From Ostreococcus lucimarinus (lineage: Eukaryota): a DNA stretch of 64,000 nt. Positions within the stretch are counted from its first letter, which is position 1. Each line of letters begins with the position of its first letter. Positions 20,514 to 30,800 of this stretch are shown piece by piece. The translations under genes and the position numbers were made by a program. The notes below the pieces were generated by a model. The model ran no database searches and was not told the origin of the DNA. It was given only the letters and a program-made list of their open reading frames with translations. The stretch is taken from NCBI GenBank assembly GCA_000092065.1, contig CP000582.1; one strand, given 5' to 3'.

Positions 20514-23258
20514 CTAGTCGTAGGTCTTCTTCAGATAGCTGATGATATCGACACTCTCGAATAACGAGATCCCGGTGTTCGGATCTTCAAGATAAGGTAC
20601 TTGAAATATACCGGTGCGATTGAGAAGCAAACTCCTTCTTGGGCTACCGCGTGCACATGGACGAAAAACATAAGAAATTCCCCGCTCGTTCAGAGCTTTT
20701 CGCACTAGAGCGCAAAATGGAGAAGCTTCGTAACCCCAAAAAATCAAAGGCTGCTCACCTGCACGTGAAGTACGCCGATGCGAAGCATCATTGATCTTTG
20801 ACGCTTGAGCGAACCTCTGAAACAATGAGACAAGAGAAGCTGGTTCTTCGCCATCCAGATACTCCTGATAGAGATACTGAATGATGCCGTCAGCACCTTT
20901 CACAGCGATGTCGTCGTTTCGATCATCTCGTAGGAAAGGGACTACTTCAGACCCAAGTTCAACACCCTGTAGAATCGCTAACTCGGAGCTATTCGAACAC
21001 GACGCGGTAGGACACGGTTTGCACAAGTAACTCACGTCACAAATACTCAAAACCTCTCGTACAAGCCGACAGGAGTCGTCATCCTCGACGTCATAAAGTG
21101 TCAGCGTTGGTGGAGCTGGCGTAGCGTCGGCACGTTCTTTGACTGCCTCTCTCAGACGGTGGCTACCAAGCTTGCTGACCTCCAAAAACCGTAGTCCAGC
21201 GCCTCTCACGAAAGCGTACTCTGTAACGTTTTCACGCGCGATGCGTGGGGACCAACCGTGTACAAACAGACCCAAAGCAACTCGAGAGAGCCCTTTCCAA
21301 ACAGCCTCGAGAAGCTCTCCTCGCTGCGACTGTTCGAAGGCAAACATCTTTGGCTCATTAACTTGAAAATTCGCACTGAGTGCTTCAAATGCTACTGCTG
21401 TGTCTTCAAATGTTGCACCTGGGTATTTTAGATCCGCCCGCCACATGCAATGAGCCCCATATGGCACTCTTTCGGGCAGAAGAATTGTTGCTACGGGACC
21501 AGCCTCTACATCTTGTGCATCAATTATGACGCACTCGGTGCGCCCATTAACGTCTGTTGCTGTATAGCTCTCATCATGAACGTACATAACTAACCAGCCA
21601 TCATCTTCATCTACACCTCCTGGTCTTCCAACAAACTGGGCTTCCATACCGTAACGGTTTGGACCATGCTCATAAGTGACCGTCTTCTGCTCTTGCATAT
21701 CAATTTTCACGACTGCGTCAAACTTGAGCTGAGTGGTCGATTCCAACTCTGACAAAAGGACTCGCCCGGCGTAGGCGTACCTGTTTCGCCTTCCAACAAA
21801 TGCGTCGTTGATGCGTGGGGTTTCTAAAGGAATACTAAATAGATATCTTTCTGTGACCTTTCCAGTGACAAGATTTATTCTCCATTCATGAACTTTTGGA
21901 ATCTTGCCAACTCGCACGGCCTCTTTGATCCACTCACTTGAACCGTTAGCGCGCATCGCCTCTTGGAAAAAGCCGTCTTCACGAATTCCAGTAATGACTA
22001 TCAACTGCTCATTCCTTTCATTTTTTTCCTCCCACGAATTGATGAAGTGGTATACCATTTGTGACGAGCTACAATTAAACCAAGTCACGCTTGTTGACTG
22101 TGCATCTCTATTCAACACTCCAAAACGCGCCCGCTTGTCTTCGTTATACTGAAGAGGGTGTTTCCCTAGCAACTGTCGAACAGGCTTGATATCCATGCTG
22201 CCTTCAAAAAGAACCGTAAAATGCTCAGTTACACAGAAATCGTGCATGAAAATGCTACCAACAAACGGGATAGACCAAAGCGAGTTGATGCTCGAGATTG
22301 TACCATCTGGCTTCAACGTACCCACAGAGCAATGTGGCGGTGAGACTGGATTGAAACCAAAGAAAATAAGTTCACCGGTTGACGGTAACACTTTTGGATG
22401 CGCAGTGAAAGGAACGTAAGGAGGTAGTTTGCCATCAAACGTACATGCTGAAATTGTTTCGAGGGTATCTGGATCAAGTTCCCAAGGCGGACAGGTATCC
22501 TGTAGCGCGAACGTCCTACCAGCAAAATGGAGAAGCGCCGTATTTGCACTGTCTTTCATAAACATTCCACCCGTGATGAGGTTGGAAAGTGCATTTGCCA
22601 GAAATGTTCCACCGTCAGCATTCATGAGTGGTCTAAATATGCGTTTTCCGCTTTCAATCTCACGCTTCCAGCTAGACGTCCGAATAAAACGATTTCTAAA
22701 TTTAACTCTGTTGCCAGTGCAAAAGTCTACAGCGTAGATCATACCATCACCCTCGAACCAATGATGCCAGCCTGATCCTAAACCAAAATCTACTTGCCCT
22801 GGACCTGCACCCCAACGCTTGTAGTGATCAACAGCAAACTTTGGATTGGGGCCTACGTACGCGTACTGACCGAGTGGAAAATCGCTTGGAATTTTACCGT
22901 TAATTTTCATCGTCGAAGAATCATCACCAGCTTGCGCATCATAATCGCAACAGGCCGTGACTTCCTGTCCTACCGGATAATAGTTTCCAGAAAGAAAAGC
23001 GGCACCATGTTCGCCGTATTCCACTGGATCTAGAAGTTGATACGACGTAGAAGCGGCGGCAGAAATATAGCCTGTATCCTCATCACTCGAAGGCTGAATT
23101 GAATCTATTTCTTGGATCGTTCTCGTAGACAAATCTGTTTCCGTTTGTACTCGAAGTATAGAGGACACACGCCTTGTCTGCAAACTAAGAAGACAGCTCT
23201 TGCGGCGGTATGTTTTATAGTAGCGCACAGGAGCGTTGTGTGCCGATAGTGAGCCCAT
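20514..23258 (-). CDS. Carotenoid cleavage dioxygenase (RPE65/CCD family) fused at its C-terminus to two GST-N/glutaredoxin-2-like thioredoxin-fold domains; N-terminal transit-peptide-like region.
   Basis: 914-aa ORF in the track. CCD-family features include FDGDGMIYAVDF, multiple conserved His/Glu-containing blades, and a FINSWEE-like segment. C-terminal TLYDVEDDDSCRLVREVL... and LIFWGYEASPFCALVRKALNERGISY...FQVPYLEDPNTGISLFESVDIISYL resemble GST N-terminal/Grx2 folds. Sits 256 bp upstream of the PKS start on the same strand. Confidence 0.7.
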   Translation of the reverse strand: MGSLSAHNAPVRYYKTYRRKSCLLSLQTRRVSSILRVQTETDLSTRTIQEIDSIQPSSDEDTGYISAAASTSYQLLDPVEYGEHGAAFLSGNYYPVGQEVTACCDYDAQAGDDSSTMKINGKIPSDFPLGQYAYVGPNPKFAVDHYKRWGAGPGQVDFGLGSGWHHWFEGDGMIYAVDFCTGNRVKFRNRFIRTSSWKREIESGKRIFRPLMNADGGTFLANALSNLITGGMFMKDSANTALLHFAGRTFALQDTCPPWELDPDTLETISACTFDGKLPPYVPFTAHPKVLPSTGELIFFGFNPVSPPHCSVGTLKPDGTISSINSLWSIPFVGSIFMHDFCVTEHFTVLFEGSMDIKPVRQLLGKHPLQYNEDKRARFGVLNRDAQSTSVTWFNCSSSQMVYHFINSWEEKNERNEQLIVITGIREDGFFQEAMRANGSSEWIKEAVRVGKIPKVHEWRINLVTGKVTERYLFSIPLETPRINDAFVGRRNRYAYAGRVLLSELESTTQLKFDAVVKIDMQEQKTVTYEHGPNRYGMEAQFVGRPGGVDEDDGWLVMYVHDESYTATDVNGRTECVIIDAQDVEAGPVATILLPERVPYGAHCMWRADLKYPGATFEDTAVAFEALSANFQVNEPKMFAFEQSQRGELLEAVWKGLSRVALGLFVHGWSPRIARENVTEYAFVRGAGLRFLEVSKLGSHRLREAVKERADATPAPPTLTLYDVEDDDSCRLVREVLSICDVSYLCKPCPTASCSNSSELAILQGVELGSEVVPFLRDDRNDDIAVKGADGIIQYLYQEYLDGEEPASLVSLFQRFAQASKINDASHRRTSRAGEQPLIFWGYEASPFCALVRKALNERGISYVFRPCARGSPRRSLLLNRTGIFQVPYLEDPNTGISLFESVDIISYLKKTYD

Positions 23259-24016
23259 GTTGCGCTATTACCTGATGCAGGTAGTAGTCGAACGCTGTGG
23301 ACGTTTTTTGCGTGATAATCAGTACACAGAGCAGCCACTATCTTGAGTTGCACGATCCACGTGTTCCAAAGACTTTCGAGAGAGAGTCTGAGCGAACAGG
23401 TTATACCGGATGCTTCGTAGATTGAGGCACCAAATGTTGGATTCTAGCTCAAGCGATACTCTATGGTAGACCGACAAAAAGAGGCCGACAAAAGTGATAA
23501 GATGCAATCAGCCAACACTCACCACTCACCACTCACCACTCACCACTCGGGCTTCGAACGTACCGCGAGTTTGAAGATCCAAGGATGTTTTTACTACGGT
23601 GTCACAAGACGACTGATCACCGTCGCCCACACGACTGCCCGACTTCCACGCGACGTCGTCGTGTGCAAACGTGAACTCGCGCCGTGAGCAAGCCTATCCC
23701 CAGCGATTGGATATCACATCATTTTCGAACAAGCGCACAAGCAGCGATCTATCACTTTTATCTCATCGCCGTATTTAACTTCTACTAAGTATATCATATC
23801 TCGGCACAAAATCTGAATCTTTCCGTCTTTCCAGTCTTTCTTGTTCGTAAACGGACGTGCTTACTAACACGAGCCACGCTACGATACAACCGAACGCGTA
23901 TCCGCGATGCTCCGAATGGTATACTCTAACAAGCACCATACTCTCCGGTAATCGCTTCAAAGCCGCTCCTGACGTGCACCGAGCTCACCGAGCTCACCGA
24001 AGCGGAGCGCGTCAAC
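23259..24016. promoter_or_regulatory. Divergent intergenic region between the CCD-fusion gene and the HAD-like gene; holds short microsatellites.
   Basis: Head-to-head gene starts at 23258 (-) and 24017 (+). (CACCACT)n at 23514-23548; (CACCGAGCT)3 at about 23968-23993. Confidence 0.3.
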
Positions 24017-24862
24017 ATGCGTCCTTGCTCCTCCCAGCCACTTTCGAAACCGCCGTTTGGGAAGGACGGCTTTTCGAAATATTGGACAAAACATCGACCT
24101 TTGAAACTTCCAAAACGTGCTCGGCATGCATGTAGAGTGCTCAGCCCACTGGAGCGCTTAGAAGAACTCGGAACTCGACGTTTTGGTGTCATCTTTGAAC
24201 TTGAAGGTATTATAGTGCCCAGTTGTGCAAAAGCAGACCGAGAAGAGTGGCAACAGATAGCGCGTGAGGAAGGCCTCGAACAACCTGCTGAGTATCAACT
24301 CCGGGCGGCTCTTCGGAAGAAGACAGATCATGCGGTCTCTCGCGTATTCAACTGGGCATCCGAGCCACAGCAAGTGCGGTTCTTGACTCAGCGCAAAAGC
24401 GCACTTTTCTGCAAAAGAACGGAAACCACTGATCACAGAGCCCATGAGCATGTTCTAGCATTTTTGCGGCTACTCGATGGCTTCGACGTGCCCTGTGCTA
24501 TTTATTCTTCACAACTCTCGAGCGAAGAGCTAACAGTTTTGTTGCGTCGTTTGCAACTGACAGGGTACTTCAAGACGGAATCAGTGATAGGTCGTGACGA
24601 CGTACAAAGTGGCTTACCAGACACTGAATACTATTTAGTTGCAGCGCGTGCGCTTTTTCGACCGATCTCCAAATGTATTGTCATAAGTGACCACCACCTC
24701 GCAATCGAAGCTACGACTGAAATAGGAATGAAGTGTGTAATTGTCAATGGCGTCGACTCTACCTGGGAGTTGAGAGGTGCAAACATGGTTGTGCCGTCGT
24801 TAGAGTGGATATCGTTTAGGAACTTACAAAATATTTTTAGCTTAGATGTATACGAAAGTTAG
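24017..24862 (+). CDS. HAD-superfamily hydrolase-like protein (CbbY/phosphatase-like) with an atypical motif I.
   Basis: 281-aa ORF. C-terminal ...CIVISDHHLAIEATTEIGMKCVIVNG matches HAD motifs III/IV. Motif I reads VIFELEGII instead of the usual DxDG. N-terminal region is transit-peptide-like. Confidence 0.45.
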   Translation: MRPCSSQPLSKPPFGKDGFSKYWTKHRPLKLPKRARHACRVLSPLERLEELGTRRFGVIFELEGIIVPSCAKADREEWQQIAREEGLEQPAEYQLRAALRKKTDHAVSRVFNWASEPQQVRFLTQRKSALFCKRTETTDHRAHEHVLAFLRLLDGFDVPCAIYSSQLSSEELTVLLRRLQLTGYFKTESVIGRDDVQSGLPDTEYYLVAARALFRPISKCIVISDHHLAIEATTEIGMKCVIVNGVDSTWELRGANMVVPSLEWISFRNLQNIFSLDVYES

Positions 24863-24885
24863 TGCCCTTGCGAAATATAACACTA

Positions 24886-26647
24886 TCAATCACCCAGCTG
24901 ACGTTTCGCCAGCACCTTCAGTTGGTGTGTATTAGTCGCGAGAGCACGACAACCGTAGCAACATACCTTTGCACCAAGAAGACCAACGTTTGGAGTTTTT
25001 ACGGCGATCAAGGGGAATGAGGCGACGACATTGCGCATGGAGGGATTGCAGTTTTCGAACGCAGTAGTTAGTGAACCATCCATGAGCAGAGGTAAAATCT
25101 TGGGGGGAATACCACCAGCTATGTACACTCCACCGGTTGCGAGAACGCGTAGGGCAGCACTTGAACACTCCGAACCCTGAATAGAGTCAGATGAAGTCAT
25201 ATTGATGGAGCTTATCGCTTACCAGGATTTCAAGAAACATTTTCAAAGTCGTGCGGCAAGTTTTGCAACTATTTGCAAGTGCCCTTGTTGCAATCTTCAG
25301 CAGTGTTCAGCACGATTGTACTTCAAAGATGCTAAAGAAACTTCACCTCCGCGGGTTCTATGTCATCGGGTTTCGTATGAATTGATTTGCAAAGAAACTC
25401 ATAAATCCTCCTTAGTCCTGGACCACTGCAAACTTGCTCTACTTCACAGACCTACGCAGACACTCAGGTACAAACGCAAAGCTTGAAGCGTACTTTTGAA
25501 TTTTCATACCTTGTAATTTTTTGCCCACATATACTTAAGAAGCTACGACATAATCAGCATGGGATAAATATCATTGTCATCATGCGCAAACCTCGATTTG
25601 AACTTCATTTTTTGGTGCAAACGGTGCATGTGAACCCTGAACACGAGTAAGTGAGTCCCTCTTCGAACTTTTTAGAGACGCACTTCAGTTGAAATAATAG
25701 AATACGCTTCATTTGCGTCGTTCCAGATAAGAAAAGCCTCCTTCGAGATAACAGTTGGTATTTTAATATGCGCTGAAAAGGTACAACACTCACCCCTAGA
25801 CCTGTTCCTGGTCCTACGATGGCTATGGGCCCGTGTTGTCTGTAAGATTGTCATGAGATCATTTATGCGACTGTAGCACCGCATCGTACACTGGTTCGAT
25901 GTCATTCAACTTCGCAAGCTGGGACGGGTCTAAGCCTGTGATTCCGTGACCAACCGCGGCAAAGTCGTTCAGAACAGAAACTTTTGGAATATTAAACGAC
26001 TGCTGTACTTGAGCACCGTTCACTTGCCACTTTAAATTTGTCATCTATGACGAAGCTATTTAGACGAAACTGGTTGATACTTAGACTCAATTTACCTCGC
26101 AGCAGTTGTTTTCTACTGGACCCGCAACGGCGAAACAAGAAGAGTCGAAGTGGTCAAGTCCAGAGTCCTGTGAATGCGTAGTGAGCTTACGACGAAAAGA
26201 GCAGTGTGTTGTCGTACGTGACAGAATACATTTAAACATTTGTCAAACGCGTCGAAGGAATTAGTGCTGTACGTCTAATATCGCGGTGTGAGGCAGCGCA
26301 TTACCAATTATACGACTAAAAAGTACCTTCTCGAACAGTAACTCATCGTCGACGCCTTCCATAGATATTGCCCAAGCCTGTTGGTTGACACGTCTTTCTC
26401 AGCGTAAAGCACTTACGAAACGACAAACCTGGAACCGAGCATTCGTGCCACCGATATCAGCTGCGATTATCGTATAGCTCTATTCTATTGGCTTAGTGGC
26501 ATGATTTAAGGGCATATTAAACGTACGTGGCTCATCGTCAACCGTCTACCGGGTTTGTTTGTTTGCGTTCGGTGCGCGAAAGAGACTTGTTTGCAGTTTT
26601 GTAAACGTGAGATGAACTTTCTATGCGTCGACACGTTCGTCCACATG
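24886..26647 (-). CDS. glk: Bacterial-type glucokinase (Glk family), multi-exon span, with an N-terminal presequence exon.
   Basis: Exons translate to IAADIGGTNARFQ (about 26420-26470), CFAVAGPVENNCCE joined to MTNLKWQVNGAQVQQSFNIPKVSVLNDFAAVGHGI (about 25860-26100), IAIVGPGTGLGVS (about 25790-25850), and the C-terminal exon ...LATGGVYIAGGIPPKILPLLMDGSLTTAFE (24886-25200). Predicted first exon MWTNVSTHRKFISRLQNCKQ...LTMSH with a GTACGT donor. Introns about 47-51 nt. Confidence 0.7.
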
Positions 26648-26699
26648 CCGAATTGTCGAAGACGTGCACTTCTGTGAGCGTCGAACGGGTACGCCGCAC

Positions 26700-27740
26700 G
26701 TTTTTGAGCGCGCGGTTTTTTCCGCTAGGCCTGCAGCACTGGGTACAGGAATTTCTGTACCCTTGTACCCTTGTACCTTAAGTTTTGTATGGGCAAACAG
26801 TCTAAAACCAGAGGTTTTGGGTACGTACCAGAAAATTCCTGGTACAGGTCATCTTGAGCCCTCAATATTGTAGCTCGCGCTTCGCGGCGCGAAACGGGGC
26901 GACGGCGGGTGAAATTCACGTCAAGACCGCAAAAAACGCGACGAGCGACGCGCGCGCGAACGCGAGGGCGCGACCGGGGTTTACGAGCGCGGGTTTGCGC
27001 GCGACGTGTTTGAAATTTGAAATGATGATTGAGCAAGCGGCAGACGTCCACGCTCGATGTCGACGTCGAATACCGACGACGCGGGCGCCGCGCCGAGGCG
27101 CGTGGATGACGGTGCGGAAGATAACGCGCTGCGCCCGTGGTGGACGTGCGGCGCGCAGATCCCGTGATAGATGCTGACAGCGATGGTGATGGAATTGGAG
27201 ACGTTGAAATCCTCTCGTCAGACGACGAGAATTTGGATGAGTACGTAAAAGGCCCAGACGAGCTCGTCATGCTACCACGTGTAAACGTTTCGGATCAAAT
27301 GGAAGTACTGCTTCTGGGCAGCCTTGGTGCAAACGTGCCGGTGCGTGATGATGATTCACGTCCCGCTCGGGACAAGACAAAGGAAACTTTTGCACACAAG
27401 GCAGCTTACAAGGTATTAGGACGTCAGGAGAAGGAGCGACGAAGTAAGAGTAGAAAGTTGAATTAATAGATAGACTGTGCGCGCGAAGTGCGTCGGTTCT
27501 CGCGCGGCTCTCGTCGATTCGTCACCTCCGTACCAGCTCGTACCAGCTCGTACCAGCTCGTACCAGACGATTCATACTGTTTACCCATACGACTGGCGCG
27601 TTCGGACATTCGGACAGGTACGTGGGTACGTACCGGGAAATCGCGGGTACGGGATTGCTGCACCACTATTTTCCGCGCAAGCGATCGTGCACCACCTTTG
27701 CTTGACACGATTACATATACGCGTAGCGCGTCACCACACG
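26700..27740. promoter_or_regulatory. CpG-rich, GTAC-repeat-rich island upstream of glk and tRNA-Gly.
   Basis: Tandem motifs (GTACCCTT)x3 at about 26758-26780 and (CGTACCAGCT)x4 at 27528-27568. Scattered GGTACAGG/GGGTACGTACC palindromes. Long CGCG-rich tracts 26880-27180. Confidence 0.4.
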
Positions 27741-27744
27741 CCAT

Positions 27745-27816
27745 GCACCATTAGTCCAACGGTTAGGATATGAGCCTTCCAAGCTCGAGACCCGGGTTCG
27801 ACTCCCGGATGGTGCA
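27745..27816 (+). tRNA. tRNA-Gly (anticodon UCC).
   Basis: GCACCATTAGTCCAACGGTTAGGATATGAGCCTTCCAAGCTCGAGACCCGGGTTCGACTCCCGGATGGTGCA folds as a cloverleaf. 7-bp acceptor stem GCACCAT/ATGGTGC; anticodon loop CTTCCAA; T-loop GGTTCGACTCC. Matches eukaryotic tRNA-Gly-TCC. Confidence 0.9.
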
Positions 27817-27890
27817 CTACTCACCATCGGTGGTTCACGACTCACCAACCTTGAGGGGCACTGACATGCTCAGGGAGGTTATATATTTTA

Positions 27891-30800
27891 GTTGTACTAG
27901 GGATTTCGAAAATAATGTATGAGGGTAAAATAGTGAATTTAATTAACCTCGACGTCTTGTCGCGCCGCTTCGCGCCGCGCGCGCGTCCGGGCGGCGCGGA
28001 GTCTACCGATCTTTCCGCGTATCGTGATATCCGACCGTTTAAGTTTGAATTCTGTGCGTGGGTGTTGACGGAACACGACCGTTGGAGCTCGATGGGCACG
28101 TTAACTTTTGGGCCAGATTCTGTCGCGTATGACGCCCCCTCGCGCGCGCCGAAGCGCGTCTCCGACCGTGTCGACGGCACGGAAAGGTTGTAAGAAGGCT
28201 TCTCAGCGATCTTCAGCCTCGCTGGGAGGAGCAGGGTCAACGACGGCTCCCGCTTGCGACGACGAAGATGGGCGCGCTCAAGTGGCCAAAGATGCTCGTG
28301 AGGTCGCCGTTTCTTTGCTCGCGAACAAACGTCGCCGGGAGGTTTCTGGCCAGGTAATGGCAAAAGTGACAGCTACGACGTTATTCCTCGACACCGTGAG
28401 CTTCAAAACAGAGTTGATAAAACAACACGCGTTCCTGAACCGCGTGAGGAAGCTGCTGAAAGACAAGGATGTGAAGCGAGACGCGCGCGCGTTGGTCACT
28501 GAAGAGTGCGCTTCGACATCAGATCAGTCCGAAAACACTGTGCACGTCACCGCTGATGTCGCACGCACACGCCGTGAAGAGCGGAGCCGAAATCCGCACC
28601 CCTTCTACGTCGAAGTAGTGCATGCATTAAGTCGCGGGGACATCTCGGCGACGCAGGCTGTCCATGAGTTGCAGCAGGTTGGCGTACGAGTCACCAAAGC
28701 GTTTTTGAAACGCGTGTGCACGGCTCAGTCGTTCCGGGATGACATTCCCCATTACTCCGAGTGCGAAGACGGCCGCGGCAGACCAAGTGCACTCAGCAAC
28801 GCATACTTGGACCAGCTCGCAAAAATTGTGAAGCATTACATTCGAGTTGGGATATCACTGAGTCAAGAGACGATTTTGTCGATGGCTAAAAACTTCTATC
28901 GCGACGAGCATCACGCAGATCCTTCTGATAAAACGTTCGGATCCGCGTGGTTCTATCGATTTCTCAATCGCCATGGCATTGACACTTCTCTGTACAATCC
29001 CCAGGATGCCTTGAGACTCAACGCCGCAACGGAGCACAACGTCAGCAATTACTACCAGCGCGTGGCCCAAACAGCAGTCAGTAATGGCTTCGCGACATGG
29101 AATGCCGACTTCGACGCGAACGATAGGAGTAGTGAGATGATCATTTGGAACGAAGAAAAGAAGAGCCGCGTGTTCACGTTCGACGAGGCGAAGGTGATGC
29201 TTGCCTATGAGAAAGGCGTGCGCGGAGTGAGAATGTTGGTCATCAAGGGCGAAGACAACCGCAGATCGGCTGTCACAGCGAACGATGCATTCGCAGCATC
29301 CGTCATGGGATGTAGAAACCTCGCTGGCGAGTCCTTGGCGCCTTACTTTGTGTGCACGACGCAGCCAAATGTCGAAGATGGTTTTGAAATCCCTGGAACT
29401 ATCACCGATACGACGACGGGTGCGTGCCAACAAGCCCAATGGATACGAGGAACGAAGAAGGGTTCATTCGACGGATTCGCATTCGCGACTTGGCTGAAGG
29501 ATCATCTCGCGCCGTGTGTTCCCGATTTGTCGCCGGAGAATCCGGCCATGGTGATTTGTGACGGATGTTATGCTCACACAGTCGACGAGGTGCTTGAGAT
29601 TTGTGCAGCAATGGGGATTCTCATGGTCATTCTGCCGCCTCATTGCACGCATATCCTGCAAGGCGAAGATTTGTACCACTTTGGTGTGTTTAAAGGTGCG
29701 TTTCGCGTCGAGCGTGCTGAAATCGAAGCGATGAAACAACTCGCCGCCGCGTGGTTCATCAAGCTCTTCGAGAACGGCGTCGCTACTTCTTTCGGACAGC
29801 GAGAGTTTTGGTACGCGGTTAAGGAGGCATGGAAAGGCGCTTGGACGAAACAGGCTGTCGAGAAAGGATTTAAAATGCAAGGATTGGTCCCTTTTAATCG
29901 AGCTCCACTCTGGAAAAACTTCCCGAACCATGAACGCAAGGAGCCGCAGCGCTCGACACCGGACAAGGAATCTCAAGTTGAAGCTGCCGAGCGGTGCGTT
30001 GAGCGCATGTCCATACCAGGAGCGCCCGGACTGCGAGTTATCGCACAATCTAGCGACTCGACATTCGATGTGACGTTTGATGGTAGTCCAGAGTCGTTCG
30101 CACGGGCGCCCCTGAACATGATGAAGCTGGACGAAGTGTACAAGAGCCTTGTTGAAAATCCGAGTAACCATAGTATGAACGACGAGCACTTGAACGTTAT
30201 GAAGCAGCTCATTCTCGAAAAGCAAGAAAACATCACAAAGAACATCGTGACGACGACCCGGAAACAGAGAAGTACACGCAGACACGATCGCTATGATGAA
30301 GCGACTGCTCCAGCCATGGCCCGCCTGCTCGCCGCTCGACAGAAGAGAGAGAAAACGAAGAAGAGAACGCACGACGCAGCTCAAGATGGATGCGACGCTC
30401 GGTTCAAGGACAACACGGATGATATTCAATTTCTTGCGGCGCTTCATAAACGCCTGGACGACAACGGATCACTCGAGAAATCTCTTACAAGAGCTGAACT
30501 CATGAAGGTGATGCGCGCGAAGCGAATTCCACTGCCACAAGGACCGACCGCTGATATCTTGAGAGATAAGTTGAAAGAGGTTGACGAGCGGCTCTATGAA
30601 GCAAACATAGAATGTACAAGAGTTGCGAACGCGCGGTGGCCCAAAAGAGCACGTCACGCGTCGTCAGTCGACGATGCAAACGTAAGGTGCGAGGTGAAGT
30701 ACCATCCAAGTGGCGTCCGAGTACAACTTATAACGGACTAAAAGAACACGTGAAAGACTCGAACACACAACCGGGCTGCAAATATCGATAGAAAACACTA

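Noticed and set aside
26725-27466. ORFs 26725..27270 (-), 26854..27177 (+) and 27137..27466 (+) in the CpG-rich island.
   Set aside because: Low-complexity Arg/Ser/Pro- or Asp/Glu-rich translations typical of GC-rich non-coding sequence. Mutually overlapping on both strands with no recognisable domains. The 27137..27466 acidic ORF cannot be excluded as a small real gene, but the region is more plausibly regulatory or a transposon remnant.
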